From positions 208,010,001 through 208,074,000 of the forward strand of contig OZ024743.1 in assembly GCA_964016885.1 (NCBI GenBank): DNA of 64,000 nt, given 5' to 3'. Position numbers and translations under genes: made by a program. The notes beneath the pieces were generated by a model, which had not been told where the DNA came from, ran no database searches, and worked only from the letters and a program-made list of their open reading frames with translations. Source of the DNA: Eledone cirrhosa. Taxonomy: Eukaryota. Shown piece after piece: positions 42,976-54,379 of the stretch. The first letter of the stretch is position 1. Every line of letters begins with the position of its first letter.

Positions 42976-43461
42976 TATATGTATGTATATATATATATAT
43001 ATATGTATGTACATATGTATATATATATATATATATGTATGTACATATGTATATATATATATGTATGTATATATATATTTATGTATATATATATTTATGT
43101 ATATATATGTATGTATATATATATGTATGTATGTATATATATGTATGTGTGTATATATATATGTATCTATATATGTATGTATGTATATATATGTATGTGT
43201 GTATATATATATGTATCTATATATGTATGTATATATATATATATATATATATATTTATGTATATATATGTATATATATATATATATATTTATGTATATAT
43301 ATGTATATATATATATATATATTTATGTATATATATGTATGTGTGTATATATATGTATGTATATATATATGTATGTATATATATATATATATGTATGTAC
43401 ATATGTATATATATATATATGTATGTACATATGTATATATATATATATGTATGTACATATG

Positions 43462-43492
<31 letters not shown>

Positions 43493-43573
43493 ATATATAT
43501 ATATATGTATGTATATATATATATATATGTATGTACATATACATTTGTATGTATGTATGTATATATATATATA
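42634..43573. repeat. (TA)n/(TATG)n microsatellite
   Basis: Direct reading. Confidence 0.98.
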
Positions 43574-43705
43574 TAAGTTAAAAATGTACATCCACATATG
43601 TATACTGAAATACTAGTATGCATATGAATACATACACGTATACATATGTAGATGTACCGAGTTTTTCACTGGTCACTTTTCTCTAGAAAGGCCGGAAGAT
43701 AGGTA

Positions 43706-43750
43706 AATATTGCTGATGAGATGTAACAACATCGAAACTAGTTCAATATT
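43706..43750 (+). ncRNA. Minimal type I hammerhead ribozyme
   Basis: aatattg-CTGATGA-gatgt aaca acatc-GAAA-CTAG-TT-caatatt; all stems perfect. Confidence 0.9.
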
Positions 43751-44171
43751 CCTTGTCTGGCTTTCTGGAGAATAGAGGAAAGGTGTTTCCTCAAAAACCA
43801 GTATGATTCTAAAAACCGGTTTGTCTGTGTGTTTACATACAGAATAGCTGGACACTCACAGTAAAGTGACCAGTGAAAAACTCGGTACATCTACATATGT
43901 ATACGTGTATGTATTCATATGCATACTAGTATTTCAGTATACATATGTGGATGTACATTTTTAACTTAATTGTTTAAGCGTCAGTCATACAAAAGTGAGT
44001 TACAAACGAAACGAAATTTAATTTCGTTTCGTTATTTGTTTTTATCGTCTCCGTTGAACCGGTACGTACTCACGCTCTATGCAAATTAGTCTGCCCACTA
44101 CTAATTTTCATAGAAAAAGCATATAACGATATGTGCTTTTACGATTCTCTAGAAAGGCCGGAAGATAGGTA

Positions 44172-44216
44172 AATATTGCTGATGAGATGTAACAACATCG
44201 AAAATAGTTCAATATT
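44172..44216 (+). ncRNA. Second tandem hammerhead, stem III CTAG changed to ATAG
   Basis: Otherwise identical to 43706-43750, 466 nt downstream. Confidence 0.7.
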
Positions 44217-44510
44217 CCTTGTCTGGCTTTCTGGAGAATAGAGGAAAGGTGTTTCCTCAAAAACCAGTATGACTCTAAAAACCGGTTTGTCTGTGTGTTT
44301 ACATACAGAATAGCTGGACACTCACAGTAAAGTGACCAGTGAAAAACTCGGTACATCTACATATGTATACGTGTATGTATTCATATGCATACTAGTATTT
44401 CAGTATACATATGTGGATGTACATTTTTAACTTAATTGTTTAAGTGTCAGTCATACAAAAGTGAGTTACAAACGAAACAAAATTTAATTTTGTTTCGTTA
44501 TTTGTTTTTA

Positions 44511-44530
44511 TATATATATATTTATGTATG

Positions 44531-44587
<57 letters not shown>

Positions 44588-44774
44588 GTATATATATATA
44601 TATATTTATGTATATATATATATATATATATTTATGTATGTATATATACATATGTATGTATTTATGTATATATATATATATATATTTATGTATGTATGTA
44701 TATATACGTATGTATGTATGTATATATATATATATATTTATGTATATATATATTTATGTATATATATATTTATG

Positions 44775-44827
<53 letters not shown>

Positions 44828-45253
44828 ATTTATGTATATATATATACGTATGTATGTATGTATATATATATATATATATGTATGTATATATATATACATA
44901 TGTATGTATGTATATATATATATATGTATGTATGTATATATATATATATGTATGTATATATGTATATATATATACATATGTATGTATGTATATATATATA
45001 CATATGTATGTATGTATATATATATACATATGTATGTATGTATATATATGTATGTATGTATATATATGTATGTATGTATATATGTATGTATATATATATA
45101 TATATGTATGTACATATATATATATATGTATGTACATATATATACATATGTATGTATGTATATATATATACATATGTATGTATGTATATACATATACATA
45201 TGTATGTATGTATATATATATACATATGTATGTATATATATATATATATATAT
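44511..45253. repeat. TA/TATG/TTTA compound microsatellite
   Basis: Direct reading. Confidence 0.97.
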
Positions 45254-45268
45254 CACTCCACATGTATG

Positions 45269-45920
45269 TCATCATCATCATCACCATTTTATGTCCATTC
45301 CTCCACGCTATCATGGGTTAGACGGGTTGTCCTGTTGTGGGCAATGCCAGGTCAGGTGACCATATCTTGCTCATACAGAACTGATTTGGGCTTTATTTCT
45401 AGTCGGATGCCCTTCCTAACACCAACCTCATTTACAGTGAGTACTGGGTGCTTTTCACTATGGTTCCTACACATCCACTTTACAGTGTGGACTGGGTGCT
45501 TTTTTGTCGTGTCCTCTACACGACCACTTTACAGTGGGAGCGGTTGTGGCATACTTTCTATATGCTTCAGTCTCGGCTTGTACCCGTGGTAAGTTGGGTC
45601 TTCTGTATTACTGCGTAACACCAGAGGTCTCGGTCCTGTGTCATCGCCTTTGAGAGGTGCAATTGGGCAAGATCAGTTGTAATCTCCTCTCCTGCACACA
45701 GCATTTGATTCCTCTTATGTTTAATCTATCTCTCAAATCGTTTATGCTTTGCCGTTTGCTTATATTACTTTTACACATCCATTGGAGCATGCAAGCTTCA
45801 TTTCTTTTAAATCTATGCAAGTCTTCTGCACACAATGCCCAGGTCTCACTACCATGCAACATTGCTGTTTGTATTCATGCATCATACAGTCTGCCTTTCA
45901 TTTTGAGGGAAAAGCCTTTT
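45269..45920 (-). mobile_element. Degenerate RTE 3' fragment (PHD-insert family lineage)
   Basis: [22 protein letters not shown] on the - strand; RTE-type 3' UTR and (GAT)n tail. Confidence 0.85.
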
Positions 45921-45929
45921 GTATTTGTC

Positions 45930-45972
<43 letters not shown>

Positions 45973-46107
45973 CACACTGTTGGACAAGGCTGTCTTTTGA
46001 AATAGTTTCTGTCTACCCAGTTTTACTAACAAGGTATGGGTGGTCACCTTAAGGTTATTGGTAAATGACATTTCCCCAACATACTACACAGTGGGATCAT
46101 TTTTGTG

Positions 46108-46225
46108 AAGTCATGTGTCTTAGTGGTTAGAGAATTGGATTTGCAATCATGAGGTTGTGAGTTCAATTACCGGACTGGACAATATGTTATGTTTTAAGCA
46201 AGACACCTTATTTCACATTGCTCTT
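46108..46225 (+). mobile_element. Degenerate tRNA-derived SINE head
   Basis: cttagtggttaga..gtgagttcaatt..agcaagacac similar to 13328-13445. Confidence 0.65.
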
Positions 46226-46434
46226 TCTCCCTGGATTTACGACTGGTAGATTGTATCAGCAATGGAAAGACCAATAGAAACATTGTTTCCTTGGTTCAAT
46301 TTGATGAGTTCCACCCTACTTAGTAACTGAATGAAGTCTGGGAAGTTGTACATCAATTTGATCGGAATCATTCTTATTTTGATTGTGAAGCAAACTTCTT
46401 AACAATTAAAACCATGTTACAATGTATAACCTAA

Positions 46435-49392
46435 TATATGTCTATCTCTACCTTGGGTCATTGGGTCACAGTCATGGTTTCTAAGTCACAGACATATATG
46501 TCTATCTCTACCTTGGGTCATTGGGTCACAGTCATGGTTTCTAAGTCACAGACATATATGTCTATCTTTATCTTGGGTCACAGTCATGGTTTCTGGGTCA
46601 TAAACATATATGTCTATCTCTACTTTGGGTCATTGGGTCACGGTTTCTGAGTCATAGTCATATATGTCTATCTCTACTTTGGGTCATTGGGTCACGGTTT
46701 CTGAGTCATAGTCATATATGTCTATCTCTACTTTGGGTCATTGGGTCACGGTTTCTGAGTCATAGTCATATATGTCTATCTCTACTTTGGGTCATTGGGT
46801 CACAGTTTCTAAGTCATAGTCATATATGTCTATCTCTACTTTGGGTCATTGGGTCACAGTCATGGTTTCTAAGTCACAGACATATATGTATATCTTTATC
46901 TTGGGTCACAGTCATGGTTTCTAGGTCATAAACATATATGTCTATCTCTACTTTGGGTTATTGGGTCACGGTTTCTGAGTCATAGTCATATATGTCTATC
47001 TCTACTTTGGGTCATTGGGTCACGGTTTCTGAGTCATAGTCATATATGTCTATCTCTACTTTGGGTCATTGGGTCACGGTTTCTGAGTCATAGTCATATA
47101 TGTCTATCTCTACTTTGGGTCATTGGGTCACAGTTTCTAAGTCATAGTCATATATGTCTATCTCTACTTTGGGTCATTGGGTCACAGTCATGGTTTCTAA
47201 GTCACAGACATATATGTCTATCTTTATCTTGGGTCACAGTCATGGTTTCTAGGTCATAAACATATATGTCTATCTCTACTTTGGGTTATTGGGTCACGGT
47301 TTCTGAGTCATAGTCATATATGTCTATCTCTACTTTGGGTCATTGGGTCACGGTTTCTGAGTCATAGTCATATATGTCTATCTCTACTTTGGGTCATTGG
47401 GTCACGGTTTCTGAGTCATAGTCATATATGTCTATCTCTACTTTGGGTCATTGGGTCACAGTTTCTAAGTCATAGTCATATATGTCTATCTCTACTTTGG
47501 GTCATTGGGTCACAGTCATGGTTTCTAAGTCACAGACATATATGTATATCTTTATCTTGGGTCACAGTCATGGTTTCTAGGTCATAAACATATATGTCTA
47601 TCTCTACTTTGGGTTATTGGGTCACGGTTTCTGAGTCATAGTCATATATGTCTATCTCTACTTTGGGTCATTGGGTCACGGATTCTGAGTCATAGTCATA
47701 TATGTCTATCTCTACTTTGGGTCATTGGGTCACGGTTTCTGAGTCATAGTCATATATGTCTATCTCTACTTTGGGTCATTGGGTCACAGTTTCTAAGTCA
47801 TAGTCATATATGTCTATCTCTACTTTGGGTCATTGGGTCACAGTCATGGTTTCTAAGTCACAGACATATATGTCTATCTTTATCTTGGGTCACAGTCATG
47901 GTTTCTAGGTCATAAACATATATGTCTATCTCTACTTTGGGTTATTGGGTCACGGTTTCTGAGTCATAGTCATATATGTCTATCTCTACTTTGGGTCATT
48001 GGGTCACGGTTTCTGAGTCATAGTCATATATGTCTATCTCTACTTTGGGTCATTGGGTCACGGTTTCTGAGTCATAGTCATATATGTCTATCTCTACTTT
48101 GGGTCATTGGTTCACAGTTTCTAAGTCATAGTCATATATGTCTATCTCTACTTTGGGTCATTGGGTCACAGTCATGGTTTCTAAGTCACAGACATATATG
48201 TCTATCTTTATCTTGGGTCACAGTCATGGTTTCTAGGTCATAAACATATATGTCTATCTCTACTTTGGGTTATTGGGTCACGGTTTCTGAGTCATAGTCA
48301 TATATGTCTATCTCTACTTTGGGTCATTGGGTCACGGATTCTGAGTCATAGTCATATATGTCTATCTCTACTTTGGGTCATTGGGTCACGGTTTCTGAGT
48401 CATAGTCATATATGTCTATCTCTACTTTGGGTCATTGGGTCACAGTTTCTAAGTCATAGTCATATATGTCTATCTCTACTTTGGGTCATTGGGTCACAGT
48501 CATGGTTTCTAAGTCACAGACATATATGTCTATCTTTATCTTGGGTCACAGTCATGGTTTCTAGGTCATAAACATATATGTCTATCTCTACTTTGGGTTA
48601 TTGGGTCACGGTTTCTGAGTCATAGTCATATATGTCTATCTCTACTTTGGGTCATTGGGTCACGGTTTCTGAGTCATAGTCATATATGTCTATCTCTACT
48701 TTGGGTCATTGGGTCACGGTTTCTGAGTCATAGTCATATATGTCTATCTCTACTTTGGGTCATTGGTTCACAGTTTCTAAGTCATAGTCATATATGTCTA
48801 TCTCTACTTTGGGTCATTGGGTCACAGTCATGGTTTCTAAGTCACAGACATATATGTCTATCTTTATCTTGGGTCACAGTCATGGTTTCTAGGTCATAAA
48901 CATATATGTCTATCTCTACTTTGGGTTATTGGGTCACGGTTTCTGAGTCATAGTCATATATGTCTATCTCTACTTTGGGTCATTGGGTCACGGTTTCTGA
49001 GTCATAGTCATATATGTCTATCTCTACTTTGGGTCATTGGGTCACGGTTTCTGAGTCATAGTCATATATGTCTATCTCTACTTTGGGTCATTGGGTCACA
49101 GTTTCTAAGTCATAGTCATATATGTCTATCTCTACTTTGGGTCATTGGGTCACAGTCATGGTTTCTAAGTCACAGACATATATGTCTATCTTTATCTTGG
49201 GTCACAGTCATGGTTTCTAGGTCATAAACATATATGTCTATCTCTACTTTGGGTCATTGGGTCACGGTTTCTGAGTCATAGTCATATATGTCTATCTCTA
49301 CTTTGGGTCATTGGGTCACGGTTTCTGAATCATAGTCATATATGTCTATCTCTACTTTGGGTTACAGTCGTGGTTTCTCAGTCACAGACATA
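46435..49392. repeat. Satellite: about 54-bp monomers organised as a 328-bp higher-order repeat (52+4x54+60), about 9 units
   Basis: The 52-bp variant monomer starts at 46553, 46881, 47209, 47537, 47865, 48193, 48521, 48849, 49177. Confidence 0.95.
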
Positions 49393-49645
49393 AGAAATGG
49401 AACAGAATACAGTTTGATTCTTTTATACTTTTATTGTTTTATTGATTTTAATTTGACTATGGCCATTTTGGGGTACTACTATTCAAGTTTATAGTGGATT
49501 GTTCCAACCCAAGGACTCATTAAAAAAAATGTTAGTCTGTTTCCAAGCTTGGAGGTTCATCAGGCATATCCCAGTTTCATTGGCCTTAAGCTATTGAGAA
49601 TACAAGACTCGCTACTCCTGGACAGGACACCAGTCCATTACAGGG

Positions 49646-49876
49646 TTGACCTTTTCATGACTGCATTTCTAATGAAATATACTCTATTTTAATTAATTAA
49701 TTAATAATTTTGAGGGATTTACTAAAATTATTAATTATTTCATAGTAACTTAATGTAAGGTTCTTATATAAAATTATGTTGGAAGATTTTAATTTAAATT
49801 GGAAACCTTTAAAATGGGTTGTTTTATTTCATAGAACCAGAGCTGGTTTTGGCCAGGTTGGTAACTAAAGGGTTAA
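49646..49876. mobile_element. Possible decayed piggyBac-type MITE
   Basis: Right end AAAGGG-TTAA; degenerate left end ttga-cctttt; AT-rich interior. Confidence 0.4.
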
Positions 49877-49934
49877 ACCTGTTGGATTTCTTCCAGAGAC
49901 TGAGAGAATGGAAGTGAGAAAGAGATAAAGAGGA

Positions 49935-50095
49935 AGTATCAATCCCAGTTCTAGATTGGTACTTTTTTATCGACTTCGAATGAATGAAAGACAAAGTTGA
50001 TCTTAGCAGGATTTGAACTCAAAGAGCAGAGAGCCGGAATGAAAACTGCAGAGCATTCTGTCCAACATTCTAACGACTCTGCCAATTCACCACCT
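49935..50095 (-). mobile_element. SINE, same family as 59687-59880
   Basis: Reverse complement contains ttggcagagtcgttag..gagttcaaatcctgc..tcgataaaaaagtacca. Confidence 0.7.
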
Positions 50096-50270
50096 ATGGA
50101 AGTCATTCTACAGAAGGTAAATAAGGAAATTTGAAATGGAATACAGGTAATTCTAAAATCTAAAATCAGTTGATTCTGTCATCCTTATACTTTATGGTTG
50201 AGTTATTCCACAGCACAGTTTAAAGATCTGTCTGTTAGTCACCGCACACGTAATAATCCTTTACTCAGAT

Positions 50271-50302
<32 letters not shown>

Positions 50303-50849
50303 TTGTCCTTTATTAAACAAAACAATTAAAAATAAATACAATCCCAGACCCTATATTTCCCTGACTGTAGTTAACAACCAACAGAGCAGAAAACGGAATT
50401 TTATTACTGTTCAATAAAATAAGGAAAACAAGATAAACAAACAATAAAAACACGGCTGCGTATATCTAAAAAGAAAAACTTGACTATATTTATATTTTTT
50501 AAATGAATTGATAGTAAAACATGAAAGACTCAATATAGTGAAGATGAGTCATTATTTGGTAAAGTGACTATTATTGTTATTATTTGTATTGTTATTCTGA
50601 GAATAATCTTATTGTTTGTTCTGATAACACAACAAAGCTAATTTTGTATCTGTTACTAATATTACAATACAATAGCTATGTGAACAGTTCTCCCCCCCCC
50701 TCTCTCTCTCTCTGGCCCTCTCTCACTCTCACACACATTCAGGCTCACTCTCTCACAAACATACACGCTGGTTCTCTTATACACACATTCTCTGTCCTAC
50801 CTATCTACCTATCCATCTATCTATCTACCTATCCATCTATCTATCTACC

Positions 50850-51225
50850 TTTTTTTCAAATACCACTTTGGAAGAAGAATCAGGATGGAGAGAGAGGTGC
50901 TGTACCCCAGCAAGTTTTATGAAAGGTGGGTGAAAGTGGCGAGAATGGCCCGAGTGAATGGGCCTTCTCTCTATATCAGCCTGTAGATTGAGGAAAAGGA
51001 GGAGGAGAGGAAAGGAGTACAAGCTCTTCGTACTCCTGAAGATGAGGGTTGCACATTTTTTTCGGGGGTATGTGTTACCCATATAAACTGTCTCCCTCTA
51101 TTGGGGAAAATCGACTAACTTTTAAATTCCATCTGTGATAACATTTTACACGTTTTTATTGTATGTAAACTTCCCCCTTTGTATTTGTCCCCTTCTTTTG
51201 TGCCCCTGTGGCTAATAAAGAAATA
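50850..51225 (+). mobile_element. Tx1 copy A (extreme 3' fragment) between TCTA/CCTA/TCCA microsatellites
   Basis: ..RMEREVL..ERWVKVARMARVNGPSLYISL*, 3' UTR, AATAAAG. Confidence 0.88.
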
Positions 51226-51445
51226 TATCTATCTACCTATCCATCTACCTATCCATCTACCTATCTACCTATCCATCTATCTATCTACCTATCCATCTAT
51301 CTATCTACCTATCTATCTACCTATCCATCTATCTATCTACCTATCCATCTACCTATCCATCTACCTATCTACCTATCCATCTATCTATCTACCTATCCAT
51401 CTACCTATCCATCTATCTATCTACCTATCCATCTATCTATCTACC

Positions 51446-52817
51446 TGACCCAGAAGTGGGCCGAGTGCAAACTGTCCCTGAAAGGTCGGGCGGAGGTGGC
51501 GAACACTTACATAGCGTCCGTCATCTACTACCGCCTGACCGTTGTGCCTTGCCCAAGGGAAACGCTCGCCAAAAGGGAGCGCGCACTCTTTCAATTCCTT
51601 TGGAAGAAGCGGGCTCCTATGGTGAGGAGATCCATCTGCTGTCAACACCCTTCGAAAGGAGGGCTGGGGATGCCGTGGCTAATGATACGTAAACACGCAT
51701 TAAGGCTACGGCAGCTTCAGGTATTCCTCTCCGGTCAACCGGTGTGGGCCCCGTTTGTGAGGCGAGCCTTTCCCAGACTCGTCTCACTCACCGAGCTGCA
51801 ATCCTGGGTCAAGCAAAGACCGAGAAAACTGGGCGCCTGGCACACCGAGTGTGCCCAGGAGCTCACGGCTCTCTGGCAGACGGACCCGGCTGTCAGTGGA
51901 GAATCCACCTCGTCATTCTATAGAGGGCTGGTTGTTAGCAGGTGCGACGATGCCCTCGGAGAAGCCCTAGGCATGGAGGAAGACGAACTGGCCAACCTGT
52001 TCGGTAGGACATTCAGCCCGGGACCCATGGATAACTTCCAGAGGTCCCTGGCCTGGCAATGCTACAGAAGGGCTCTGCCCATTCGAGAAAGGCTCTACAG
52101 ACACGGGCGCCCGGGTAGGGACCCCGCCAAAAAGATCTGTCCCAGATGCGTGTGCGACGAGGAAACCGTTGCACACGCATTGGTACACTGCTCGGGCGTA
52201 GCCGATCTGTGGGGCTATGTCGAACAACTGCTGTCAAGGGTGGGACCGATCCGGTTGACCACCGAGTCTATTGTAATGATCAAGCCGCCTCCCCCCTTCA
52301 AAGATGAAGCAGAGGCGGTGTTTCTGTGCGTAATAGCCATGGCGAAAGAGGTTGTATGGTGGACGCGTCTGAAAGGACTGAGGTCAGGCACCTTTCTCTC
52401 TGGCCAACAACTGGTCCGTTTCTTCCGATATCATTTCGGAAGAAGGATCAGGATGGAGAGAGAGGTGCTGCACCCCAGTCGTTTTTATGAAAGGTGGGTG
52501 AAAGTGGCGAGAATGGCCCGTGTGAATGGGCCTTCTCTTTACATAAGCCTGTAGGTGGAAAAGAGGAAGGAACGAGGGAGCACCCCCTCTCTGTGCTCCT
52601 GAGGAAAAGGGTTGCACACTTTTTTCGGGGGTGTGTGCGACCCCCCAAGGCGCCTCCTCTCTATTGAGGATTTTGTTAAAAATTTTATTTTTTGTTATAT
52701 CTTATTTTATTTTTATATTTTGTTATTGCCTCCTCCTTATTGAGGACGCCTTTTTGTGTAAACTCCCCCCTTTGTACTTGTCCCACTTTTGATGCCCTAG
52801 TGGCAAATAAAAGAAAC
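51446..52817 (+). mobile_element. Tx1 copy B, 5'-truncated; ORF2 C-terminus open to 52554
   Basis: KLSLKGRAEVANTY..KGGLGMP..CPRC..ETVAHALVHC. Confidence 0.92.
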
Positions 52818-52982
52818 TTATCTATCTACCTATCTACCTACCTATCCATCTACCTATCTACCTATCCATCTACCTATCCATCTACCTATCTACCTATCTA
52901 TCTACCTACCTATCTACCTATCTATCTACCTACCTATCTACCTATCTATCTACCTACCTATCTACCTATCTATCCACCTATC

Positions 52983-54289
52983 GGTCGAGCGGAGGTGGCG
53001 AACACTTACATAGCGTCCGTCATCTACTACCGCTTGACTGTCGTTCCTTGTCCCCGTGAACACCTCGCCAAGATGGAACGCATGCTCTTCCAGTTTCTGT
53101 GGAAGAAGCAGGCTCCGCTGGTGAGGAGATCCGTCTGCTGTCAGCACCCTTCCAACGGAGGGCTGGGAATGCCGTGGCTGATGATGCGCAAACATGCGCT
53201 GAGGCTGCGGCATCTCCAGGTATTCCTCACCGACCCCAACCGGTGTGGGCACCGTTTGTGAGACAGGCTTTCCCACAGCTCGTCTCGCTAACGGAGCTGC
53301 AGTCCTGGGTGAAGAAAAGACCGAAAACGATGGGCGCCTGGCACATTGAATGCGCTCAGGCGCTCACAGTCCTCTGGCAAGCGGGCGCAGCAATCAGTGG
53401 AGACTCCACTTCGACATTCTATAGAGGGATTGTACGTTACAAGGGCGACGACGTGCTCGGAGAGACTCTGGGCGTCGAAGACGATGAGCTCACCAGTATG
53501 TTTGGTAGGACTTTCCGCCCGGGACCTATGGACAACTTCCAGAGGTCCCTGGCCTGGCAGTGCTACCGAGGAGCTCTACCGGTTCGTGACAAGATCTACA
53601 GGCACGGACGCCCCGGCAGGGATCCTTCCAAGAGGACGTGTCCAAGATGTGCGCAGGACATTGAAACAGTTCTGCACGCAATTGTACACTGCCCGGGCGT
53701 AAGCGACCTGTGGAACTATGCAGAACAACTGCTGTCGCGTATGGGACAAATACAGTTGACTGCCGAGTCCATAGTAAGGATCAAACCGCCAGACTCTTTC
53801 AAAAACGAAAGAGAGGCGGTTTTCCTCTGTACGGTGGCTATGGTGAAAGAAGTTATATGGTGGACGAGGTTGAGAGGACTGAGGACAGATGCCTTTCTCT
53901 CCGGACAACAATTGATTCCATTCTTTAAGTATCACTTTAGAAGGAGAATCAGGGTGGAGAGAGAGGCACTGCACCCCAGTAAATTTACTGAAAGGTGGGT
54001 GAATGAAGCGAAAATGGCCCGAGTGATTGGGCCTTCTCTGTTTATAAGCCTGTAGGTTGAGGAAGAGAGCAAAAGGAAGAAAGGAGCACTTGCACAACAC
54101 GCTCCTTGAGTTGAGGGTTGTTCTATCGACGGGGTATTAAACAACCCATTTGTGGCGCCTCCCCCCTATTGGGGATTTCGATTGTTGAAATTGTTTGTTT
54201 TTATATTTTTTACACGACTGTATGTAAAATCCCCGGCATGTCTTTGTATTGTCCCCTTTCTTGTTGCGCCCTTGTGGCTAATAAAGAAA
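52983..54289 (+). mobile_element. Tx1 copy C, divergent subfamily, 5'-truncated, frameshift near 53235
   Basis: Homologous ORF2 C-terminus ending at 54055; distinct 3' UTR; AATAAAG. Confidence 0.92.
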
Positions 54290-54379
54290 TCTATCTATCC
54301 ACCTATCCATCTACCTATCCACCTACCTATCTACCTATCTATCCACCTACCTATCTACCTATCTACCTATCTATCTACC

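Larger units (their letters stand above)
43574..44510 (+). mobile_element. Non-coding hammerhead element: about 1.8 tandem copies of a 466-bp unit plus inverted 5' segment (retrozyme-like)
   Basis: 43681.. recurs at 44147..; 43574-43679 is the reverse complement of about 43863-43968; flanked by (TA)n. Confidence 0.85.

Noticed and set aside
46435-49392. CRISPR-like regular repeat
   Set aside because: No unique spacers or cas genes; contiguous eukaryotic satellite
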